Below, in pieces: positions 10,663 to 21,612 of a stretch of 28,531 bases of DNA. Position 1 is the first letter of the stretch; every line of letters begins with the position of its first letter. The notes below the pieces were generated by a model, which saw only the letters and a list, made by a program, of their open reading frames with translations, was not told the DNA's origin and ran no database searches. The position numbers were made by a program, and so were the translations under genes. The stretch comes from Chiloscyllium plagiosum (Eukaryota), in contig NC_057750.1 in assembly GCF_004010195.1 (NCBI RefSeq), positions 14,650,435 to 14,678,965 of the forward strand, in the 5' to 3' direction.

Positions 10663-10867
10663 TGGAGAAAGTGAGGTCTGCAGATGCTGGAGATCAGAGC
10701 TGAAAATGTGTTGCTGGAACAGCGCAGCAGGTCAGACAGCATCCAGGGAACAGGAGAATCAACGTTTTGGGCCTTCCTGAAGAAGGGCTTATGCCCGAAA
10801 CGTCGATTCTCCTGTTCCCTGGATGCTGTCTGACCTGCTGCGCTGTTCCAGCAACACATTTTCAGCA
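10663..10867 (+). mobile_element. Short non-autonomous fold-back retroelement, probably Penelope-derived, with a hammerhead core
   Basis: 74-bp inverted arms 10699-10772 / 10793-10866 with 2 mismatches; 15-bp TSD gctgccRtgtcttat at 10648-10662 and 10868-10882; inserted in L1 ORF2. Confidence 0.88.
10775..10806 (+). ncRNA. Minimal hammerhead ribozyme motif
   Basis: CUGAAGA-A-GGGC(UUAU)GCCC-GAAA-CGUC; stem I only 2 bp locally. Confidence 0.65.
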
Positions 10868-11384
10868 GCTGCCATGTCTTATAGCAATTCTCAGTTTTGT
10901 GGCGTACCATACTTGTAAGAAAATCCAAGGGGATATGCTCTATAACAATCTTCTGCTAATCCAACAGGCCCGGGAGATTTTCAGACACCCAACCTAACAA
11001 GACATCCTTTCTTGCGCAGAAAGTGAGGAAGTTGAGAAGATTTTTCTTACGCGGAAATACAGGGAACACACTGGATAGGCCAAGAAGAAGAGAGATCATG
11101 TCCTTTTCCACCCTTACACCCAAAATCCCCTCCATTGCACCTGCCACAGCACTCCAGTATGTTTGAAGCCTGCCACAGGATCAGAGACAATGGGTCAGAG
11201 TGCCTGTACCAGCCTTGCTCTTGGGACATGTTAAAGATACCCCTGGTTTAAATTTTGACAAATGATCCGGAGCCAAGTGGACCCTGTGGAGAATCTTAAA
11301 CTGTAAAGCATGGGTCTTATTGCATTTTTTTCTTGCGCTTTTCCAAATATCTTCCCATGCCTCTGAGGAGACCTCTACCGCTAG

Positions 11385-11414
<30 letters not shown>
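11385..11414. repeat. (CT)12(CA)3 microsatellite inside L1 ORF2
   Basis: Direct reading. Confidence 0.95.
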
Positions 11415-11415
<1 letters not shown>

Positions 11416-14360
11416 TCTGCAGAGTCGATCGAACTCATCTGAGGGGGCACCCCCCAGTTGATGATATAAAGTGCTGACAGAAAGTGTACTCTTGGCACTG
11501 AGCACCTTCCTCTCGATGTCGGATTTGTAAGAATCAGTCAAAAGTGTAGTCTTTTTTAAAATAAAATCCCTAACTTGAAAAAACCGAAAGATGTCCCTAT
11601 TAGATAGCTTGTGTTTCTGTGCTAACTGATTGAAGGACATCATTGTGTCTCCCTCAAATAAATCGCCCATGCAAGACACACCCCTAGCTGCCCAATGTTG
11701 GAATCCTGAATCTATCATCCCCGGTTGAAAACCTGGCATACCCACTATAGGTGTAAGATGTTTTGTCAATATTGCCTTCCCTCTGCTGATTTGCCCTCCA
11801 TGCTTTAACAGTATTAATAACTATTGGGTTGTGGCAATATTCCCTAACTGTCCTCATTTTGTCCAAAAGCAGCAAACTGATAAGGGGGCACCCTGCCTGA
11901 GAGGTTTCGATATCTAACCATATTGAAAAAGGGCCCCCAAAAGCCTAATCACTCATGTAAAATAAAAGTGAGCTGAGCTGATAGTTTTTAATGTCCGAGA
12001 GATCCACTCCTCCCCAATCTGTAAGGCAACTGCAGTTTAACTATTTTAATAAGAGGCCGCTTATGATGCCAAATAAAAGTGCTGAACCAGCCGTTCAGCC
12101 TCCTAACATTATTGGAGGATCTGCGATCCTTTATGAAGCCCGTCTGGTCCTCTTTAACAATAGAAGGTAACAGTCTCGAACCTTGACGCAAGAGTCTTTG
12201 AGAGGATTTTAAAGTCCACATTTAAGAGCAAAATGGGCCTATACAAAGCACAGTCCTCCAGGACCTTCCCTTTTTTAAGACTAGGCGAAATATTGGCCTC
12301 TCTCAGAGATGGTGGGAGACGATCATAACTGTATGAGTCATTAAACATGTTGAGCGTCGGGCCGGACAATATGTTTATAAATTACTTATTGAATTTGCTG
12401 GGAAGTCTATCAGGATTCGGCACCTTTCCACTCTGAAGCTGCTTCACAATCTCCTGCACCTGATAAGGGGACATTGAGAAAAGACTCTTGTTCAGGGATC
12501 ACACCTGGAAGCTCCAAATCCTTGAAAAAGGACTCCACCTTGGCCCGGCCCTCCTTACAACCCTCAGACTGGGATAATTCAGAGCAAAATCTCTGGAATG
12601 CCACATTAAGCTTTTTGAAATTGTGTTAGATTCCCAGACCCTTCCCTAATTGACGTAATGGCTTGAGGGGCGCACCTTTTCCTGGCAAGAAATGCTAGGT
12701 ACTTGCCTGGTTTGTCACCATGCTCATACAACCTTTGCTTTGTGAAAATAAGCTTCTTCTTTTGCTATCTGCGTGAGCACAGAATTCAATGCAGACCTCA
12801 GCGCCGTGATCCTCTGTAGCTTGGTCCACAAAGGCCTGTCAAAGTAAGCCTTCGCAACTGCCTTCAACTGTGCTTCAAGGAGACATGGTACTTACCCTTT
12901 TTCCACTTCCCACTGACAGAGTAGGTGATAACTAACCCCCTGGCATAGGCTTTGGCAGATTCCCAAAGGACAGACGGGCTACTAACCGAGCCTGAGTTAA
13001 TGTCTAGGAATGCCCAAAATTCCCTAGAGAAGTATTCCACAAACTTATTATTCCTTAAGGATAAAGGGATCCATTCACGAGTGCCTCGGGCCCACTGTAA
13101 CATCCTTGACTTTAACCAACTGGTACGCTGAAGCGTGATCGGAGATGGTAATATTACCAACCGTACAAGGTGCCACCAAGTCCAGGGTTGCCGCGGGAGT
13201 CAGAAAAAATCAGTCCTGGTGTGACATCTGTGTGGATTGGAAATACCTCCAGATGTCCACCAACCTTAACTCCACATACAGATCCATTAATTGTTTAGTT
13301 TGTACAGGGGGTATCGGGGGGGCCTCTGGGCAACCCGTCTACTGTGGGATCCATAAGACAATTAACTACCCGCCCACCCGATAATGATATGCCAGAACTT
13401 GAGACTGATCAATTTGGAGAATTCATCTCCCAGAAATCCATCATATTCTTCCCCATTTATCAGGCCTTTGAGAATTCAAACCTACCTGCGTGTCTTTAAC
13501 ACACTCTAGTAACTTAAATGCGGAGTTCCTCCTAACCAATATAGCCACTCCCCTACTTCTGGTATTAAAAGATAAAAAATAAACCCGATAAAAGCCATTC
13601 TGCTACAGTTTCAAATGCTCCCTATCATCCTGTAACAAAATCATATCCATCTTTTCCTTTCTACACTTGAAAGTACCATCTTCCTCTTAATTGTTGAGTG
13701 ACTCCCCTTGATGTTCCAGGTACACCATTTAATCAAGTAATTCGCCAAAACCTTCTGCAGTAACATTTAGATTCCAGAGGGGCGGAACTCAAACCACAAA
13801 TCGCTGAGCCATAGTGTCGCAAGATCCATCAAACATAAAATCTACATAAACTAAAACCACCACAATTAACAAAGCTTTCAAAGACTATATACAACAAAAA
13901 CCAAAAAATAAACCAACATATAAAACGGCAACTGCGCTGAATAGGGAAAATCATCTCCTGCCCAAAGGGGGCAATTACACATCCCAAAACCCAACTTCCC
14001 ATCCCGCTGCCAATATTGCAGCCCGGGTATTTAAATACCTGAACTGGGCATAAATTGCCCGTAAGTAGGCCTCCAGCCACCCCAACCATTTTCCCTCCTC
14101 CTATCTAGAGCCGCATGGCAAACACAAGCAGAAAAGTAAGAAAATACACCATGGAATAACAATGTGAACAAAGAAATTTTGTTATATCCTTTGATATAAC
14201 TTAGAAATTGAAAGTACACATCTCAACCGCTGCCAAACATAGTTTAGACCAGATTATTACCAATAAAAAAGATAGGAAAAGAAAGCCCCAACTGGACTTC
14301 CTCTTTTTTTTTAGACATACCCAAACAACGCTCCTATTTGTACATACTAAATTGTTCAGA

Positions 14361-15160
14361 TTAAGTTAATTTGTCCACAAAGACTCTTGCTCTCTCTGGC
14401 GTATCAAAGAGATGTACAGATCCATCTAATGTTTTCTGTAGCACTGCCGGATACCTCAGAGCTTCCTTGGCCTTCTCTTGATGCCGTCATAGGATTTTCT
14501 TTTCCGGATCACCGCCGCTGAGAAGTCCTGGAAGAACATGATCTTAGAGCCCTCGTAAACTAGGGCCTTTGGTACCTTCCCCTGGATTCTGGAAACTTCC
14601 ATGATTCTCTCCTTATCTCTAGAATGATGAAACTACACCAAGATTGGATGAGGATGTTGACCCAGACCTGATCTCCGTGTCGTGACCCAGTGAGCCCTCT
14701 CAATCTTCCAGCCTCTCATTCCAGCTTCCAAGTTAAGGAATTTCAGCAACCAGTCCTCAATCAATTCTGTCAGTTGCTTACCTTCCTTACCCTCCAGCAG
14801 ACCGACAATCCGAATATTTTTTTCTCCTGCCCCTGTTCTCGAGGTCATCAACCTGGTCAAGCAAATTACGGACCTGTCTCTCCAGGACCTGGATCCTATC
14901 CTTGCAGGAACAGGTCTCAGTTTCAACCACTATGACTCTGTGTTCTACCTCATCCGTCCTTTTCTCCAGGACTCCCAGGACTTCTACAGCATGATAGTGA
15001 TTGGGGCTAGCTTCTCCTCTATCTGTTTATCTAACATCTCACAAGATTTCACGAGCTCCTTCCCCAGGGCCTGCTAAGAAATTGAGTCCGAGGATCATGC
15101 AGTCTGGGCTGTGGGCCCGGCCTTGGATGCTCCTCCTCCCTTCTTCAGTATTCCTGGACG
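14361..15160 (-). pseudogene. L1 ORF1 remnant (coiled coil, RRM, CTD)
   Basis: NIRIVGLLEGKEG, KIERAHW, YEGSKIMFFQDFSAAVIRK, ending HLFDTPERARVFVDKLT*. Confidence 0.88.
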
Positions 15161-15317
15161 CTGAAAACCAAGGTAAATTGATTTTTAACAGTTTCCTCGG
15201 GACTCCACAACCTTTCCAGAGTCCCAGGATATCGTGGTGGTCCGGGTAGGGTGGGTTAAAAGTATGTCCTGCTTGTGCTGCAGTGCAGAGCTCCGCAACA
15301 CGATCTTCCTAGATCGC

Positions 15318-15328
15318 TGCCATCTTGG
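15318..15328 (-). promoter_or_regulatory. YY1-like site at the L1 5' end
   Basis: ccaagatggc begins 8 nt from the element start, matching the motif and position in mammalian L1 promoters. Confidence 0.6.
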
Positions 15329-15335
15329 ATTCTCC

Positions 15336-15880
15336 ATTCCACGTGATTTAATCTTGCAAACCAGACTACCACGTGGAACCTTGCTGAACACCTTGCTGAA
15401 ACTCCATACAGACAATATCCACCAGTCTGCCTTCATCAATCTACTTCATGACTTCCTTTAAAAATCTCAGTCAAGTTAGTGAGACATTACTTTCCATACA
15501 CAAAACCATGTTGACTGTCCCTAATCAGACCTTGCCTTTCCAAATACATTTAAATCCAATCCCTCTGAATCCTCTCCAACGATTTACTCACCATTGATGT
15601 CAGGTCACCCGTCTATAGTTCCCTGGCTTTTCCTTACTACCTTTCTTAAATAATGGCACCACGTTAGCCTACTTCCAGTCGCTGGCACCTCACTGATGGC
15701 TATCAATGATACAAATACCTCAGCAAAGGATCCAGCAATCACTTCTCTAGCTTTCCACAAACTTCTGATCAGGTCCTGGGGATTTATCCACCTTTATGCA
15801 TTTTAAGAAGTCCAGCATCTCCTCCCCTGTAATATGGACATTTATTAAGATGTCACTATTTATTTCTCCAAGTTCTCCAG
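15336..15880 (-). mobile_element. CR1 LINE, upstream RT part contiguous with 9140-10239
   Basis: FSKVFSKVPRGSLVCKIKSRG; aagccagggaactatagac (KPGNYR) and QHGF-type motif. Confidence 0.9.
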
Positions 15881-16310
15881 GTTCTACTTATTGAGGACAT
15901 GGATCTTTAGAATCAAACGCACAGAAGAAGCCCATTGTGCTTACGTCAGCTCTTTGAAAGGGAAACCAATGTAAAATCCCACTCTTAAATTCTTTCTTCA
16001 TTGCCCAGAAATGATTTCCCTTCAAATATTTATTAAATTCCAATTTTGACAGTTGGTATTGAATTGGTTTTGATCAGCATTTTAGCCAGCGCATTCCAGA
16101 TTGTAACAATTTAAATGATTGCCTTTAATCAAATTGATTAACATGAAAATATAAAAGGGTAGAATTATGCAAGAGGTATTCAAATCTCAACTGGAATTGG
16201 AAGTGCCACAACTGGAATTCTGTCAGCAGTTCGTAATTTAGTCTTGGAAAGAGTGCAGCACAGATTTACCACAAAGATACCTGAACTGGAAAGATCAGTT
16301 TACAAAGACA

Positions 16311-17347
16311 GTTTTTCAGATTAGAGGCCTGTGACTCAGTGGTGTTCCACAGGGATCGGTGCTGGGTCCATTTTTGTTTGTCATTTATATAAACAATTTA
16401 AATGAGAATATAGAAGGCGTGGTTAGTAAGTTTGCAGATGACATTAAAATTGGTGGTACAGTGGACAGTGAAGACAGTCCTCTCATATTACAAAGAGATC
16501 TTGATCAGTTGGGTCAATGGACTAAGGAGTGGCAGATAGAGTTTAATTTGGATAAATGCAAGGTATTGCATTTATCCAAATTAAACTCTATCTGCCACTC
16601 CTTAGTATTGCATTTTGGTCAAACAAACAAGGGCAGGACTTATACACTTAATGTTAAGGCATTGGGTAGTGTTGTAGAACAGAGAGACCTAGGGGTTCAA
16701 GTACATAATTATTTGAAATTTGCATCTCAGGTAGACAGGGCGGTTAAGAAGACGTTCAGCACGCTTGCCTTCATTGCTAAGACCGTTGAGTATAGACGTT
16801 GGGATGCCATGTTGAGGTTGTACAGGACATTGGTGAGGCCTCTGTTGGAGTACTGTGTGCAGTTCTGGTTGCCCAGCTATAGAAAGGATATTAGTAAATT
16901 GGACAGGGTTCAGAAAAGATTTATCAGGTTGTTACTAGGAATGGAGGGTTTGAGTTATAAAAATAGGTGGGAATTTTTTTCACTGGAGCATGGAGGATGA
17001 ATGGTGACATTATAGAGGTTCATTAAATCATGAGGGGCATAGATAAGTTGAAAAGCAAGGGTCTTTTCCGGAGGGTGGGGGAGTTCAAAACTAGGGGGAC
17101 TATTTTTAAGGTGAGAGGAGAATGTTTTAAAAAGGACATGGGGCATTTTTTTTAATGCAGTGATTCGTGTAGGGAATGAACTGTTAGAGGAAGTGGTGGA
17201 TGCATGTACAGTTACAACATTTAAAAGAGATTTGGATAAGTGCATGAATAAGAAATGTTTGGAGAGATATGAACCAAAAGCAGGCAAGTGGAATTAGTTT
17301 AGTTTTGGAACATGGTCGCCATGGACTTGTTGAACTGAAGACTCTGA
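16311..17347 (+). mobile_element. 5'-truncated CR1 LINE with RT C-terminal ORF 16359-17000
   Basis: GVPQGSVLGPFLFVIYIN, SKFADDIK, RDLGV, RPLLEYCVQFW; CR1 3' UTR. Confidence 0.94.
16521..16606. repeat. Perfect 41-bp inverted repeat with a 4-nt spacer
   Basis: 16521-16561 is the exact reverse complement of 16566-16606. Confidence 0.97.
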
Positions 17348-17442
17348 CCTATTACACAAACTAGAGTTGTAGTCCGTTGAATTAAAAGGTTGAGGTGTTA
17401 TTTGATCAATGATTTAAAGATATTAAAAGGGTAGGTAACTAA

Positions 17443-18061
17443 TGTGATGAATTCCTTTTTATTGTTACATAGAATTTATGCTGAAAGCTAGAACTCTGTG
17501 ATAATGGCAACATTTTAATGTTTTGGGAGATAGAGAGTTCTAAGGACAATGTGGAAGAATCCAAGACAGCATAGATCCAGGAAAGAAAGATGGATCACAA
17601 GATTGAGTTTTCAAGACCATATCATGAAAGTGAAGAATCATAATCCTTGTGAAACTGACTGAAATTAGATAAACCAAAGTGGCATTCATGTCTGGGGGGA
17701 GATCCATTTCACAGGTCTTGATCAGACTGTATTGTGTGGTGTGTTCAATCCTAGTTTGTTTGTTAACCATATTCGCCTCATGTTAATTCTAGCTTGTTAG
17801 AATATAATTAATATCTATTTTGCAGAGTCTAACCCTTTTCAACAATAATCTTAGCATGTTGTTTCAATAAGTTTGTTTTGGTAATAAACATTTTTTTTAT
17901 GCTGGCTAAGGAAATGAGGATGATTGTTCTTAACGCTGAACCTGACACAATCTGAGACCTATACTATTGGCTGTGTCGCCAACCTCGTTAAATTTAAAGT
18001 AATTAATGACTAGTGAAGGAGTGGGACTGGAGAAGAATCAGTAAACCTATCAGTCATAACA
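17443..18061. mobile_element. Unclassified insertion of about 620 bp, possibly a solo LTR
   Basis: Interrupts the old CR1; begins tgtgat and ends cataaca; contains aataaa at 17883; no convincing TSD. Confidence 0.3.
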
Positions 18062-18246
18062 TTAGGGATAAACTATTTCAACTGCTTGGAGATTTTAGGA
18101 CAAGGGTATATGATCCAAAATGGAAGCCATACAAGAGTGAATTTAGGAAACATTTCTTGATGCAAAGGGTATCAGGAATTTGGAACTTTCTCAATTACAA
18201 AAAGAGCTATTGATACTATCAATTATTAAATTTAAGGGAGTTACTT

Positions 18247-18350
18247 ATTTCTCTCTCTTCCTTTCTGCAATTTCTTTCCTTTTCTCTTACTCATTTTCCC
18301 TCTTTTTTTTCTCTAGTTTCTTCTCTCTAATCTTTCTTTCTTCCTGTCTT
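18247..18350. repeat. Pyrimidine-rich low-complexity tract
   Basis: Almost only C and T. Confidence 0.85.
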
Positions 18351-18734
18351 GCATAATAAAAGAACAAGTTCTGTCTCAGGTAAATGAGTATTTGAGTCCA
18401 ATTACACAATAAGTGTCAGTAAACTATGATATTTTTCATTTTTCATGCCAGTAACGTAACAAATTGTCCTTTGATAAATGCAAAAGGTTCAATGTTTATG
18501 CAATAACTGAGATTGTATTCCTTTCATATCACAGCTTAAATTGACAGTATATCGTTCTTTAAGACTGATCTGCCATAACTGAGACTATCATGGGGAATGA
18601 GGAAATCACAGAGATATTAAATCCATATGGCAGAGATATTAAATCCATATTGTGTAGAAGAGACACCAGAAAAGACAAAACAAATTATAACCTAGCAACA
18701 AAAAAATGAGGAAATGAAGGTAATTAATATCTGC

Positions 18735-19294
18735 CATTATTGGAATATTGCATGCAATTCTGGTCTCCTTCCTATCGGAAAGATGTTGCAAAACTTGAAA
18801 GGGTTCAGAAAAGATTTACAAGGATGTTGCCAGGGTTGGAGGATCTGAGATACAGCGAGAGGCTGAACAGGCTGGGGCTGTTTTCCCTGGAGCATCGGAG
18901 GCTGAGGGGTGACCTTATAGAGGTTTACAAAATTATGAGGGGCATGGATAGGATAAATAGGAAAACTCTTTTCCCTGGGGTCGGGGAGTCCAGAAGTAGA
19001 GGGCATAGGTTTAGGGTGAGAGGGGAAAGATATAAAAGAGACCTAAGGGGCAACCTTTTCACGCAGAGGGTGGCACGTGTATGGAATGAGCTGCCAGAGG
19101 ATATGGTGGAGGCTGGTACAATTGCAACATTTAAGAGGCATCTGCATGGGTATATGAATAGGAAGGGTTAGGAGGGATATGGGCCAGGTGCTGGCAGGGT
19201 GGGACTAGATTGGGTTGGGATATCTGGTCGGCATGGACGGGTTGGACCGAAGGGTCTGTTTCCATGCTGTACATCTCTATGACTCTATGACTCT
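18735..19294 (+). mobile_element. Young 5'-truncated CR1 (HER1-like) LINE
   Basis: Open 143-aa frame EYCMQFWSPSYRKD..RRLRGDLIEVYKIM..FTQRVARVWNELP; 3' terminal repeat ctctatgactctatgactcta. Confidence 0.96.
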
Positions 19295-19530
19295 ACAGAG
19301 AAAAAGCGTCAGACAAACTTATAGGACTAAAATACCCCAGCCCTTCTATGATCTATATTGCTGCAGAGATTGTGGATGCACTTATTATGATTTTCCAAAT
19401 TTCTCTAGATTCTGAAGTGGTCCCAGCAGCCTGGAAGTTAGTAAATGAAAAAGAAGGGAGGGTGAAAGAAAACAAGGAACTACAGGCCAATTAGCCTAAA
19501 TATCAGTCATCATGAATGTGTGGGAGTCTA

Positions 19531-19817
19531 ACAGAATCATAGAGTCATAGAGATATACAGCATGAAGACAGACCCTTTGGTCCAACTCATCCATGCCAAC
19601 CAGATATCCTGAATAAATCTAGTCCCACTTGCCAGCATTTGGCCCCTATCCCATGAAAATTTTCCAATTCATACACCCATCCAGATGTTTTTTAAATGCT
19701 GTAATTGTACCAGCCTCCACCAATTCCTCTGGCAGCTCATTCCATATACGCACCACCCTCTGCAGGGAAAAAGTTGCCCCTTAGGTCCCTTTTAAATCTT
19801 TTCTCTTCTCACTTTAA
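19531..19817 (-). mobile_element. CR1 3' end
   Basis: atcatagagtcatagagatatacagcatgaagacagaccc, the same family as 18735-19294 in antisense. Confidence 0.92.
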
Positions 19818-20449
19818 ATATTAAAGATAACATAACAATACATATGAAAAGTTCAAATATGATCAGACAACATTGAGTTTATTGAATTTATTAGGATTTT
19901 TTTCAGCAGGTGACTTTTGGGTAGAAGAACTGGAAACTCTGAGATATGTTAATACTTGAATTTCCAAAAGGAATTTGACAAAGTCGCCGGACCAACAGTT
20001 AACATGCAAGATAAGAGCTCATGGAGTTAACAAGGACAAAGGATTGGCTATTGGACCAGAAGCAAAGAGTAATGATAATGTAGTATTTTCAAGTTGGCAG
20101 ACTGTTATAAGTGAAGTGACATAAAGTTCATTGCTGGGGCCTCAGTTAATTACAATCTAAAAAATGTCTTAGGCAAAGATGAGGATACACAGCTAAGTGG
20201 TAATGCAAGCTGTGAGGAGCACACAAGAGGCTGCAGAGAGATATGGACAGGTTAAGTGTGAGGGGGATAAGTGCAATATAAATATAGATAAATGTGAGAT
20301 TATTTACTTCAGTTGAAAGATTAGAGGTGCAGAATATATTTCAACAGGTGAGAAACTTGTACATATTGATATTCAGAAAGACTTCTGTGTACTCATGAAA
20401 GGAAGCCCATATCTTAGCGTATTAAAACAACAGGCAAGTGGCATGTTCA

Positions 20450-21612
20450 GAATCAATCATAGAATCACAGTAATTATTAAAGGTCAGAAGGAAGCTACTT
20501 GGCTTGTTGTGTCTCTGAAGAAATAATTTACCTGGCGCCATCTTCCCAGACCCCAGAATATTCTTCTTTTTGGATTATAATCTAATTCCATCTTGAATGC
20601 TTTGACTGAACCTGCCCACATTACTCTCGGGTAGTGCATTTCAGATCCTAGCACTCGCTGCGAGACAATGTTTTTCCTCGTATCACCAATGTCAAGTACC
20701 TCAAATCTGTGCATTCTCATTCTCACTCCTTCTACGGATGGGATAAACTCTGTCCAGACTCCTCATGATTTTGAACAGCTTCTGTCAAACCTCCTCTCAA
20801 ACATTTCTTCTCCAAGGAGAACAGTGTCAACTTTTCCACTCTTTCTGGGAGCTGAAATTCCTCACCCCTAGAAACAATCCTGTGAATTGTTATTTGCAAT
20901 CTCTCTCAAATCTTCACATTGTTCCTAAAGTCTGGTTCTCACAACTGGACACAATACTCCAGTTGAGGCTGAGCCAGTATCTTATACAGATATTTTATAA
21001 TTTCCTTACCCTTGTACTCTATGCCCCTATTAATAAAGCTTAGGACACAATATCATAAAATCCCTACAGTGTGGAAACAGGTCATTTCGGCCCAAGTCCA
21101 AACTGATCCTCCAAAAATTATCCCATCGAGAGCCATTCCCCTACACTATTGCTCTACATTTAAACCCTGACAAATGCACCTATCCCACACATCCCTAAAC
21201 ACTATGGGCAATTTAGCATGGCCAATTCACCTAGCCTGCACAAATTTGGATTGTGGGAGGAAACCGGAGCACCCGGAGGAAACCCACACAGACATGGGGA
21301 GAATGTGCAAACTCCACACAGACAGTCACCTGAGGCTGGAATCGAACCCGATCAGGTCCCTGGCACTGTGAGGGTGCAGTGCTAACCACTAAGCCACCAT
21401 GCCACCCTATGCTTTATTGACCACTTTCTGACCCTGTTCTGTTACCTTCAACGACTTATGCACATAGACACCTAGGTCCCTGCGCTCATACACTCCCTTG
21501 AGAGTTGTGCCCTTTACTTTCAATTGTCTCTCCTTGTTCGTCCTAACAAAATAAATCATTTCATATCTCTTTGACCTGAATTTCATCTGCAATTTTGTTT
21601 GTCCATTTCACC
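20450..21612 (-). mobile_element. Older CR1 3' portion interrupted by a SINE
   Basis: cagaatcaatcatagaatc end; caactggacacaatactccagttgagg; RRDLGVYVHKSLKV. Confidence 0.8.
21053..21406 (-). mobile_element. Full-length HE1/V-SINE-type SINE
   Basis: Antisense head (gtggcatggtggcttagtggttagc; B box ggttcgattcc), V-domain and tail. Confidence 0.94.

Larger units (their letters stand above)
10589..13748 (-). pseudogene. L1 ORF2 remnant (APE endonuclease, partial RT, C-terminal Cys-rich region)
   Basis: IKWCTWNIKG at the start, LWESAKAYARG, YRPILLLNVDFKILSK, EDQTGFIKDR, LQFKILHRVHL, CPKSKAGTGTLTHCL; many stops and frameshifts. Confidence 0.9.
10240..15335 (-). mobile_element. End-to-end, inactive L1-clade LINE
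   Basis: 5' end ggagaatccaagatggcagc, ORF1 and ORF2 remnants, 3' UTR with AATAAA; 14-bp TSD aatccatgtgattt (10226-10239) / attccacgtgattt (15336-15349), 12 of 14 identical. Confidence 0.92.
16240..18240 (+). mobile_element. Older CR1 3' region split into pieces (about 16240-16310, 17350-17432, 18062-18240)
   Basis: LERVQHRFT; aggttgaggtgttatttgat; RDKLFQL..FRKHFLMQRVSGIWNFL are colinear. Confidence 0.68.
18585..20450 (+). mobile_element. Old CR1 RT region hosting two younger CR1 insertions
   Basis: Colinear decayed motifs GNEE, IFQISLDSEVVPAAWK, NYRPISL, LEFPKGI/fDKV-like block, and aatatagataaatgtgag. Confidence 0.7.

Noticed and set aside
10699..10866. DNA-transposon MITE or miRNA gene
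   Set aside because: The arms do not reach both termini, the TSD is 15 bp and a hammerhead core is present, all favouring a PLE-derived retroelement
11317..11769. Protein with an (ER)n charged repeat
   Set aside because: A microsatellite expansion within dead L1 ORF2
16359..17000. 213-aa ORF as a host gene or active RT
   Set aside because: 5'-truncated CR1 RT fragment with a downstream frameshift
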